Below, piece by piece: positions 1 to 8,557 of a stretch of DNA of 14,278 bases. The stretch lies in the NCBI GenBank assembly GCA_052389415.1, contig JBQTHX010000021.1, positions 1-14,278 on the forward strand. The letters are read 5' to 3'. Source of the DNA: Nitrosopumilaceae archaeon. GTDB taxonomy: Archaea > Thermoproteota > Nitrososphaeria > Nitrososphaerales > Nitrosopumilaceae. The notes under the pieces were generated by a model, which ran no database searches, had not been told where the DNA came from, and saw nothing but the letters and a program-made list of their open reading frames with translations. Numbering within the stretch: position 1 is the first letter of the stretch; every line of letters begins with the position of its first letter. A program made the translations under genes and the position numbers.

Positions 1-345
1 GTAACTGCAGCACAGCCAGTAATAGAGTATGTTTATCCTGATTTTGTTGGAAGGACAGAAAGACACGATGGCATGATATTAGAAATAGAGAATGAAAAGA
101 CAAGGGCAAACCAAGTGATTGCATCAAAGTACAATCTAGAGACAGAGACCTTTGTAAACGATGATCTCAAACCATCTGATACAAGACGAGCACCTGAGCT
201 TAGCTTGACTACAGTAGGTCATAAGATTCGTGACTTTACATTGTCTCCAGAAGAAAATAGAGAATTGATAAAAGAACTTGCCTGGCAGGAATACCTAAAG
301 GCGCAAAAGGTTCTTGACTTCATGTATCCCAATCTATATAATTGA
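1..345 (+). CDS. Hypothetical protein, 3' part (5'-truncated by the window edge)
   Basis: The frame of ORF 73..345 is open back to base 1 (VTAAQPVIEYVYPDFVGRTERHDG-MILE...), so ATG 73 is probably internal. No recognised motif. Confidence 0.6.
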   Translation, partial: VTAAQPVIEYVYPDFVGRTERHDGMILEIENEKTRANQVIASKYNLETETFVNDDLKPSDTRRAPELSLTTVGHKIRDFTLSPEENRELIKELAWQEYLKAQKVLDFMYPNLYN

Positions 346-433
346 TTTTGGGATAAAATATATCGTCAAATAGTTTATAATCTGAGCACAAAATACCATT
401 ACATTAACAAACATGATTACAAAACTTACAAAT

Positions 434-1603
434 CTAGTTTGCTTCTAGTTTGGAATCCACTTTGATGTGTATCTTTTCACCGTTTTGCAGACTATGATAC
501 ATCATCTTTGTCTTGAATCCTTTCTTTGCTAAATATCCATTCAAAAGCATTGCCCATGGGAGAGAATGTCCGCTATTTAACTTGGATTCTATTATGATGT
601 GATTTCCTTGCTGTTCGTATCGAGCTTGGCCAGAACAGGTTATCTGCAAAGTAGAATCAACCAGAGTTATTATCTCATCAATAGTCTTTGTCTCTAGATT
701 AACTTCATTTTGTTGCAAAAACTCTAACATGTTTATCTCCTTATTTTTTGAATGAAGTAATGAATTTAAGACAAACCCAAGGCCATTCTCATTTATTGTT
801 TCAATTATTTTGAGTACTTCTTGTGCATCAGTCTTTGTCATGTCAGAAAGATTGTTTATCTTAGTAGATTTTTTCCAGGTTTGTTCAAAAAGTTTTGCTT
901 GGTTAGTTCCCAAGACTTCGGTTGAAAGAAATATTGCTCCCTTTCCGTTACTGCTATTGATCATAAGAACTTCGGAATCATCAAATGTTACTGAATTGTG
1001 GCTAATTTCGGAGGTTTTAATCTTTATATCATCAGGAATTAATTGAAACGACTCTGAACCCACAAGACTTGGGGGAATTATTATTCGGATATCAATATTT
1101 TTTCTCGACGCATGAATAAGGTTTTCTTTGCATTGTGAAAAAAGACCCAATCCCCATGAATCAAACATTGCATGAATTGAAGTCTTGGAACCTTCTATCA
1201 TGGTTTCAAGCTGTTTTAATACATAGTTGGGAGTCAGATGAAAATATCTCTTTTCTTCAGAACCTCGAGCTTTTTTGCTATCTTCACTTACTCGTTTTAG
1301 CTTTGTAACCAAGCTGTTCATTCCGTTTACTTTGTTAATTTGTTCTTGGACTAGCTCATCAAAAGCATCTTCAGGTGATATGCCTGTACACATTATTGGT
1401 TTGCTCTTTGAAATGATTGCAAGTTTTTTCTTTACTAGTTTTAATAATGTTGGATAAACTTTTGTTCTTGGAAGATTAGAATAGTAAGCAAGTTCGCCAG
1501 CAGAAATGGTGCCTTTTGTTATCAAAGCAACATATGCATGTGCTTCATATTTGCTCAAACCAAATTCTTCTAAGCTTACGGCTAAATCTTGTCCTTTTAC
1601 CAT
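434..1603 (-). CDS. TrmB-family transcriptional regulator (N-terminal wHTH plus C-terminal effector-binding region)
   Basis: LEEFGLSKYEAHAYVALITKGTISAGELAYYSNLPRTKVYPTLLKL is a typical TrmB HTH. Start placed at ATG 1603 (MVKGQDL). The ORF track extends to 1651, so the exact start is uncertain. Confidence 0.85.
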   Translation of the reverse strand: MVKGQDLAVSLEEFGLSKYEAHAYVALITKGTISAGELAYYSNLPRTKVYPTLLKLVKKKLAIISKSKPIMCTGISPEDAFDELVQEQINKVNGMNSLVTKLKRVSEDSKKARGSEEKRYFHLTPNYVLKQLETMIEGSKTSIHAMFDSWGLGLFSQCKENLIHASRKNIDIRIIIPPSLVGSESFQLIPDDIKIKTSEISHNSVTFDDSEVLMINSSNGKGAIFLSTEVLGTNQAKLFEQTWKKSTKINNLSDMTKTDAQEVLKIIETINENGLGFVLNSLLHSKNKEINMLEFLQQNEVNLETKTIDEIITLVDSTLQITCSGQARYEQQGNHIIIESKLNSGHSLPWAMLLNGYLAKKGFKTKMMYHSLQNGEKIHIKVDSKLEAN

Positions 1604-1732
1604 CTCCAAACTTTTTGTTATTTGTAAGGTAAGTTTAATAGCTAAATTCATTGGACAAATGTTTGAAAATATACTACGCTGTATCTGTTGTAGTAGTTAC
1701 CATGGTCACACAAAAGAGTGTGACGTGGGTGT

Positions 1733-1744
1733 GAAATATAAAAT
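1733..1744 (+). promoter_or_regulatory. Putative TATA box for the cdvB-like operon
   Basis: GAAATATAAAAT lies about 25-28 nt upstream of ATG 1762, a spacing consistent with a leaderless archaeal transcript. Confidence 0.5.
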
Positions 1745-1761
1745 CCAATACCTAGGTTTGA

Positions 1762-2322
1762 ATGTCGATAGGATCAAAAATTGAGATAAATAATTTACAG
1801 ACGAATGTTGTAATGAGAACAAGCACACTCAAACCTAGGCTTGAATATGCAATGTTACTTGTTGATAAGATTCTTGACATACTAAACCAAAACAGATCAG
1901 AAATCAGGAGAATCAATCAATCCATCTATGAAAGATCAAACAAAAACAGCTTGAATTCTGAATTTAAAGAAAGATTTGTGGCTGACTTGAAGTTTTCTCA
2001 TGCAATAGAGTCGCTGCGACAAACAAGAAGATGTATGGATTCAGTCTTTGGTTTAGGAAACATTGTTTTTGTACTTGCGCCAACAATATCTATTGTCCGA
2101 ACTGTACGTTCGCAATTGTTTGGTCTAAGTGTCGATGCTGATGCGTCTCTTGGCGAATTGGCTTTGATTCTCGGGGGTATAATTATTGATGCAGGACACC
2201 TTACAGGCACAAGTTTAGATTTTGATGAGGCCAATAGGAAGTCTTGTCTACTGTTAGATGAAGCTAAGTTGATTGCCGACTCTAAAATTAGCAAGCAGTT
2301 CCCTAATCTAGATTTCTTGTAA
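1762..2322 (+). CDS. cdvB: Diverged ESCRT-III/Snf7-like CdvB paralogue (CdvB3-like)
   Basis: Helical protein with CdvB-like segments LKPRLE, LGNIVFVLAPTISIVRTV, LGELALILGGIIIDAG and DEAN...LLDEAK...FPNL. It lies two genes upstream of cdvC. Paralogue number is inferred from remembered synteny. Confidence 0.7.
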   Translation: MSIGSKIEINNLQTNVVMRTSTLKPRLEYAMLLVDKILDILNQNRSEIRRINQSIYERSNKNSLNSEFKERFVADLKFSHAIESLRQTRRCMDSVFGLGNIVFVLAPTISIVRTVRSQLFGLSVDADASLGELALILGGIIIDAGHLTGTSLDFDEANRKSCLLLDEAKLIADSKISKQFPNLDFL

Positions 2323-2334
2323 GCAAGGCTCGTC

Positions 2335-2850
2335 ATGCTTAATTTTAGGAAGAACGGGTCAGTACAGGATATTCCAAATCATGTTGAAAAGATAAGGATA
2401 CTTTCTTCAAAGATAGAACAAAAAATTATACAAAAAGGCATAGACAAGAATGATCAATTCGTAGAAACGCTTTCAGTCGAAGAGCTAAAAGACCTGAGAC
2501 AAGTCATGATGGCCGCTGATTATTTATTATCAAAATATCAGGACAAAAAAGAAATTAAAGAATTCTTGGAGGAATTTGTCGGAATTATCATGCATGCAGC
2601 AAACTCTGTAAATATAATAAAAGACGATATGGACGATCTTCTCATCTCTGCAGAAACAGCACTAAAGCAGATACAGGACTTGCATTACGATGTTACTCAA
2701 AATTTACACCTTGGGCAATTCGCACAGAAAAGCCTTGATGAATATAAGGAGTCCAAGAGTGAGACACTCACTAGTCCAATTAATTTAACCAATACTACTA
2801 CACCCATTTACACACATGCATACCTAACAAAAACCGCAGTGGAAATTTAG
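2335..2850 (+). CDS. Hypothetical coiled-coil protein within the cdv operon
   Basis: 171-aa ORF, 12 nt after the cdvB-like gene and 7 nt before cdvC. Charged and helical, with a Thr/Pro-rich tail. Confidence 0.75.
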   Translation: MLNFRKNGSVQDIPNHVEKIRILSSKIEQKIIQKGIDKNDQFVETLSVEELKDLRQVMMAADYLLSKYQDKKEIKEFLEEFVGIIMHAANSVNIIKDDMDDLLISAETALKQIQDLHYDVTQNLHLGQFAQKSLDEYKESKSETLTSPINLTNTTTPIYTHAYLTKTAVEI

Positions 2851-2857
2851 TTGTGGT

Positions 2858-4045
2858 ATGAGTCTAGCTCCTCAAGAATTAGAAAATAGTGCAAGCAAAT
2901 TTGCAGCTGAGGCAATCAAACTTGATTCCCAAGGTGCACGAGGTATGGCTATAACAAATTACCAAAGAGCAATAGAATCTCTTGTAAAACTAATACAACT
3001 ATACCCTGATAATAAACTAAATAAGGTTTACATGGAACGTTCTGCAGCGTATCAAAATAGGATAAAGGCATTACAACTCACTAATGTTGCATTAGAGCCT
3101 GTAGTAGATCCACAGGCAACTCCTGAACAACAAAAACAGCAACTTGCCAAAAATGACTTTGATGAGATGGTGATGAAAGAAAAACCTAACGTTAGCTGGG
3201 AGGAGGTAATTGGCCTTGACGATGCAAAAAGTGCACTACGAGAATCAATAGTGTATCCAAGTAAGAGACCAGATCTTTTTCCACTTGGATGGCCAAGGGG
3301 CATGCTACTTTATGGTCCTCCAGGTTGTGGAAAAACAATCCTTGCTGCAGCTACTGCAAGTGAAATTGATGGTTACTTCATAAACGTTGATGCAGCTTCT
3401 ATGATGAGCAAATGGCTTGGCGAAGCAGAAAAAAACGTATCGAAGCTTTTCAGTATGGCCCGAGGTTATGCCGAAAAGGAAGGCTTACCAGTAATACTGT
3501 TTGTTGACGAAGTAGATTCGCTTTTAGGAAACAGAAACAGCGAAGTCGGTGGGGAAATTAGAGTAAAAAATCAATTCCTCACAGAAATGGACGGAATTAA
3601 TGGTAAAGGAAAAGACCTAAAATTATACGTGATTGGCGCAACAAACAAACCTTGGAGTCTTGACTGGCCATTTCTTAGACGATTTACAAAGAGGATCTAT
3701 GTTCCACTTCCAACACTTGATGCAAGAACAAACTTGTTTGAACTCTACAGTTCTCCACTAAAAATGGACGAGAAAGTAAAACCTTCAGAGCTTGCAAAAC
3801 TTGCAGATGGATACAGCGCAAGTGATATCAAAGACATATGCCAATCTGCACAACTAATGGTAGTAAACGAATTATTCAATTCACCAAACTATTCACCAGA
3901 ACCAGTCGTTGGTGAAGAAAAACAACAACCAAGAAATCTTACCATGATAGACTTTAAGACAATTCTTGAAAGAAGAAAACCAAGCGTAAGTATGGAAATG
4001 ATTCGCGCCTATTACAAATGGAGCGAGCAATTCAGAGCACTATAA
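2858..4045 (+). CDS. cdvC: Vps4-like AAA+ ATPase CdvC (MIT domain plus AAA)
   Basis: N-terminal MIT (A..AIKLD..G...AI..YQRAIE.L), Walker A GPPGCGKT, pore loop SKWLGEAEK, Walker B LFVDEVD, and ATNKPW.LD...RRF. Confidence 0.95.
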   Translation: MSLAPQELENSASKFAAEAIKLDSQGARGMAITNYQRAIESLVKLIQLYPDNKLNKVYMERSAAYQNRIKALQLTNVALEPVVDPQATPEQQKQQLAKNDFDEMVMKEKPNVSWEEVIGLDDAKSALRESIVYPSKRPDLFPLGWPRGMLLYGPPGCGKTILAAATASEIDGYFINVDAASMMSKWLGEAEKNVSKLFSMARGYAEKEGLPVILFVDEVDSLLGNRNSEVGGEIRVKNQFLTEMDGINGKGKDLKLYVIGATNKPWSLDWPFLRRFTKRIYVPLPTLDARTNLFELYSSPLKMDEKVKPSELAKLADGYSASDIKDICQSAQLMVVNELFNSPNYSPEPVVGEEKQQPRNLTMIDFKTILERRKPSVSMEMIRAYYKWSEQFRAL

Positions 4046-4065
4046 ATCATCAAAAGCCGATCGCT

Positions 4066-4092
4066 AAAATTTTTCTACAACAATTTTTTTAC
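4066..4092 (+). terminator. Putative archaeal oligo-T terminator after cdvC
   Basis: Two T-tracts (TTTTTT and TTTTTTT) 25-45 nt after the stop codon. Confidence 0.4.
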
Positions 4093-4102
4093 ATTCGTTT
4101 TA

Positions 4103-4118
4103 TCAAAAAACTTAAATC
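4103..4118 (+). promoter_or_regulatory. Putative BRE/TATA of the carAB operon
   Basis: TCAAAAAA-CTTAAATC: a purine-rich BRE followed by TTAAA. Predicted transcription start near 4140. Confidence 0.5.
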
Positions 4119-4149
4119 CCTAATAGAATTCACTTGCTGAGGGTTCAAA

Positions 4150-5307
4150 ATTCCGATAAAAAAAGCCAAACATGTAAACAAGTTTGGTAAGCTTATCCTT
4201 GAAGATGGAACGGTTTTTGATGGGATGGGTTTTGGTTATTCAACTACTGTTTTTGGTGAAGCAGTATTCAATACTGGAATGGTTGGTTATACAGAAGCTT
4301 TGACAGATCCTTCTTACAGCGGACAAATTCTGACGCTTACATACCCTCTTGTAGGAAATTATGGCGTACCTGATCCATCGATAAAGGACAAGGATGGAAT
4401 TTCTGAACATTTTGAATCTGATAGAATTCAGTCACGTGGCCTTGTTGTACATAATCTTTCAATTACTGCGAATCACTGGAATCTCTCTCTTACACTTGAC
4501 GAATGGCTATACAATGAAAAAATTCCTGGAATATCAGGAATAGATACAAGAGCCCTAACTAAAAAACTTAGAATAAATGGCGTAATGATGGCAGCTCTTG
4601 CAGTTTCTGAACAAGAAATTGATGAAAGTGATTTGAAGAAGAAACTTGTTTCTGCACAAAAATACATAAATGAAGAATTTATGGACGTTGTATCTACAAA
4701 AGAACCGCGAATTTACGGGACCGAATCAGAAGCAGTAGTTGTTATTGATACCGGAGTAAAAAATGCAATTTTACGAAACATACGAAAAATCGGATACAAA
4801 GTAATTCAACTTCCTTGGAATGCTTCAATTGATAAAATACTTTCATACAAACCAAAAGGTGTTGTATTAAGCAACGGACCTGGTGATCCACAAAAATGTG
4901 CTGACACTATGAAGACGGCAAAAGAACTTTTAAACAAAAATATGCCTACTCTTGGAATTTGTCTTGGGGCACAAATAATGGGGCTTGCAGGAGGAGCAGA
5001 CACATTTAAGCTAAAATACGGACATCGAGGACAAAATAAATCATGTATTAATTTAGATAACAATCAAGTTTACGTGACAAGTCAGAATCATGGATACGGA
5101 ATAGATCCAAACTCTTTGAAAAAATCAGATTTCAAATTATGGTTTTCTAATGCTGATGATCAAACAGTTGAAGGAATAAAACATAAAGAAAAAAAATTCA
5201 TCGCCGTTCAATTTCATCCAGAAGCATCTCCTGGACCTTTTGATTGCAAGTTCATTTTTGAAGAACTAAAACGATTAATGGAGGAGGGAAACACTGCCAA
5301 AAGATGA
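4150..5307 (+). CDS. carA: Carbamoyl-phosphate synthase small (glutaminase) subunit
   Basis: Motifs GEAVFNTGMVGY.E.LTDPSY.GQI, SNGPGDP, GICLG (catalytic Cys), HRGQN, SQNHGY and QFHPEA. The conserved KLILEDGTVFDG lies upstream of ATG 4225 in the same frame, which is open from 4141. Start tentatively placed at ATT 4150. Confidence 0.95.
   Translation: MPIKKAKHVNKFGKLILEDGTVFDGMGFGYSTTVFGEAVFNTGMVGYTEALTDPSYSGQILTLTYPLVGNYGVPDPSIKDKDGISEHFESDRIQSRGLVVHNLSITANHWNLSLTLDEWLYNEKIPGISGIDTRALTKKLRINGVMMAALAVSEQEIDESDLKKKLVSAQKYINEEFMDVVSTKEPRIYGTESEAVVVIDTGVKNAILRNIRKIGYKVIQLPWNASIDKILSYKPKGVVLSNGPGDPQKCADTMKTAKELLNKNMPTLGICLGAQIMGLAGGADTFKLKYGHRGQNKSCINLDNNQVYVTSQNHGYGIDPNSLKKSDFKLWFSNADDQTVEGIKHKEKKFIAVQFHPEASPGPFDCKFIFEELKRLMEEGNTAKR
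5280..5288 (+). promoter_or_regulatory. Shine-Dalgarno sequence for carB
   Basis: GGAGGAGGG, 5 nt before CTG 5294, within the 3' end of carA. Confidence 0.7.
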
Positions 5308-8300
5308 ATCACTAAAAAAGATTCTTGTTCTTGGAAGTGGGGCAATAAAAATCGGAGAAGCAGGCGAAAGTCGCTAAAACGACCGCAAATTCGACTACTC
5401 CGGTAGCCAATGTCTCAAGGCCATTCGAGAAGAGGGAATCAAAAGCGTACTTATTAATCCGAATATCGCAACAATACAAACAGACACTAGATTTGCAGAT
5501 AAGGTATTCTCTATCCCTGTAAATCCAGAATATGTTGAATCAATAATTGAAACAGAGCGACCTGATGGGTTAATGCTTGGATTTGGTGGACAGACAGCTC
5601 TTAACTGTGGAGTAAAATTAGAAGAGTTTGGAATCTTGGAAAAGTACGGCGTCAAAGTTCTTGGAACTCAAATTGATGGTATTCATGCCACCGAAGACAG
5701 ACAACTTTTCAAAGATTCAATGATTGCATGTAGTGTTCCAGTATTAAAAAGTAAGACTGTTTACAACTTTGAAGAAGCAAAACAAGTTGCAAAAGATCTA
5801 AGTTATCCAGTAATTGTTAGAGTAGCATATACTCTTGGGGGCAAAGGTGGAGGCGTAGCAAAAAACGAAATTGAACTACATGAGATTGTCAGCAGAGGTC
5901 TCAATGCCAGTCTAGTCGGACAAGTTCTCATTGAAGAATACATTGGTCACTGGAAACAGATAGAATACGAGGTAATGCGTGACTACCTTGGAAACAATGT
6001 CATAGTATGTAACATGGAAAATGTATTATCAATGAGAGTACATACAGGCGATAACATCGTTGTAGCTCCATCGCAAACACTAGATAATAATGAATATCAC
6101 ATGTTAAGATCAGCTGCACTGCGAGCAACACAACATGTTGGAATTGTAGGAGAGTGTAACATCCAGTTTGCATTGGATCCTGTATCCAACAAATATGTCG
6201 CAATTGAGATGAATCCAAGACTTTCTCGTTCATCGGCTCTAGCAAGTAAGGCCACCGGGTATCCAATTGCATACATGGCGGCAAAAATTGTGATGGGTTA
6301 TTCCCTCTCAGAATTAGTTAACCGTATCACAAAGACAACTACCGCATGTTTTGAGCCGTCTCTTGATTACATTGTTTGTAAACATCCGCGATGGGATTTT
6401 TCAAAGTTTGAGCTTGCAAACCGCAATTTGGGACCTACTATGAAATCTGTTGGAGAAGTAATGGGAGTAGGTAGATGCTTTGAAGAATCATTACAAAAAG
6501 CAATTAGAATGTTAGAGAATCGAAAGGACGGCCTTGTAGCAAACTTGGATACTGGTAGAGTATATGATATTGAAGAAATTGAAAATAAACTCCAAAACAC
6601 AAATGATGAAATTTTATTTTATGTGGCAGCTGCTATACGCCAAGGTATCACAGTAGAACAAATTTACAAACTTTCTGCAATTGATCCTTGGTTTATTGAA
6701 AAAATAAGAAATATCGTGGAGACAGAAAAGATTCTAAAAGAAACTTTCTCAACAAAGACGTTACATGATGCAAAAAAATTAGGATTTTCAGATAAACAGA
6801 TTGGCAGAATAATACACAAAGATGAAATCGAGATTAGAAAATTACGTAAAGAAAAAGGTATCATTCCAGTCGTAAAACAGATAGACACTCTTGCTGCCGA
6901 GTGGCCTGCAAAAACAAACTATTTGTATTTAACGTATGGTGGCGACACTAATGACTTTGAAGTACAATCAAGTCAAGACAAGATAATTGTTTTGGGTGCA
7001 GGTCCATACAGAATAGGTAGTAGTGTAGAGTTCGATTGGGGAACAGTAAACATGGTGTGGGGTCTACAGGAAAATGGTGTAAAGGAAGTTTCTTTGATCA
7101 ACTGTAACCCGGAGACTGTATCAACTGATTATGATATTTGTAATAGGCTGTACTTTGAAGAGTTGACACTAGAAAGAATACTTGACATTGCAGACTTTGA
7201 AAAACCAACAGGAATAGTCACTGCTGTTGGTGGTCAGACAGCAAACAATCTCACGCCAAAGCTTGCAAAAAATGGAATTAAGATAGTCGGAACATCTTTT
7301 GAGGATATAGACAGGGCAGAAAACCGTTCAAAATTTAGTCAGGTTTTAGATGAATTACATATTCGGCAACCTCTGTGGCAGGCATTCTCAAAACTAGCTG
7401 ATGCTAAGAAATTTGCAAATAATGTTGGATTTCCTGTATTGGTCAGACCGTCCTATGTCCTAAGTGGAGCTGCAATGAAGGTTGTATGGTCACAAACACA
7501 ATTAAAAAAATATCTGGAAGAGGCAACAAACGTGTCGCCTGATTATCCTGTTGTAATTACAAAGTTTATGTTAAACTCACTAGAAGTTGAAGTTGATGGA
7601 GTATGTGATGGAAAAAATACGGTTATTGGCGCTGTAATCGAACACATTGAGAGTGCAGGAGTGCATTCTGGTGATGCAATGATGTGTATCCCACCATGGC
7701 GATTAAGTAATAAAGTAATTGAGACTATCACTGATTATACAACAAAGATTGCTACAGCATTTTCAATAAAAGGACCATTTAATTTGCAGTTTCTAATCAA
7801 TTCGGATCAAGTTTATGTTATTGAATTAAACATCCGTGCATCACGTTCTATGCCATTTGTTTCTAAATTTGTAAAGTTGAATTTGATCAACTTGGCAGCA
7901 CGTGCGGTACTTGGCAAAGCATTACCAAAGATACCGAAAGACAGATGGAGAAAAATTCATTCTTACGGAATTAAAGTTCCACAGTTTTCATTTATGCAGT
8001 TAGACGGTGCAGACATTATTTTAGGAGTAGAGATGCAGTCTACCGGTGAGGCGGCATGTTTTGGTGACAGCTTCTATGACGCATTGGCAAAGGGGCTAAT
8101 ATCTGTAGGTTATTCATTGCCAAAGCAAGGCAATGCACTCATAACAGTGGGCGGTGCAGAAAACAAAGAGAAATTACTTCAGACAGCATTATTACTAAAA
8201 AATCTAGGGTACAAGATTTTGGCCACCGAGCACACCGCAGAATTTTTGTCTGACAAAAGAATAGGAAATGTCGATGTCGTATACAAAATCAGTGAGCCAC

Positions 8301-8557
8301 GAAGGAAACCAAACATTGCTGATCTACTTTACGAGCGAAAGATAAACTTCATTGTAAATGTACCAAGCACAGCAACTCTGGAAAAGTATGTAGGAATGCT
8401 TTACGATGAATATCAAATACGAAGAAAAGCGGTGGAACTAGGGATTCCGGTTCTTACTACTACAGAGCTTGCAGACTCGTTTGTCAAGACGCTTGAATGG
8501 TTGCTACACAACGAAACTACAAAAAAACCTCTAGACCCTTATGAATCAGTAAATTAG
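5294..8557 (+). CDS. carB: Carbamoyl-phosphate synthase large subunit, interrupted; join(5294..5368,5390..8557), 1080 aa if spliced
   Basis: From CTG 5294 the frame reads (M)PKDESLKKILVLGSGAIKIGEAGE-[SR*NDRK]-FDYSGSQCLKAIREEG...INPNIATIQTD and continues in frame into ORF 5573..8557. That ORF has two ATP-grasp domains (EMNPRLSRSSALASKATGYP; ELNIRASRS) and a C-terminal MGS-like domain. Confidence 0.93.
5369..5389 (+). other. Candidate 21-nt bulge-helix-bulge-type mRNA intron in carB
   Basis: AGTCGCTAAAACGACCGCAAA contains an in-frame TAA (5375-5377) and the hairpin GTCG/CGAC. Its removal gives GGC GAA|TTC GAC TAC (G-E-F-D-Y). Confidence 0.75.

Noticed and set aside
346-433. AT-rich spacer with TTACAAA twice and a weak ATTTT/AAAAT inverted repeat
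   Set aside because: Too short and low-complexity to support a repeat, CRISPR or ncRNA call. It is more likely a convergent termination region.
5375-5377. Stop recoding (Sec, Pyl or simple readthrough)
   Set aside because: The codon is TAA, which other genes here use as a normal stop. Readthrough would leave seven extra residues in a conserved motif.
5573-8557. carB starting at ATG 5573, as in the ORF track
   Set aside because: This omits about 86 conserved N-terminal residues that are present in frame upstream.
5294-8557. carB as a pseudogene
   Set aside because: The only lesion is a structured, precisely removable 21-nt insert that is not a tandem duplication. All other motifs and carA are intact. 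Not fully excluded without expression data.
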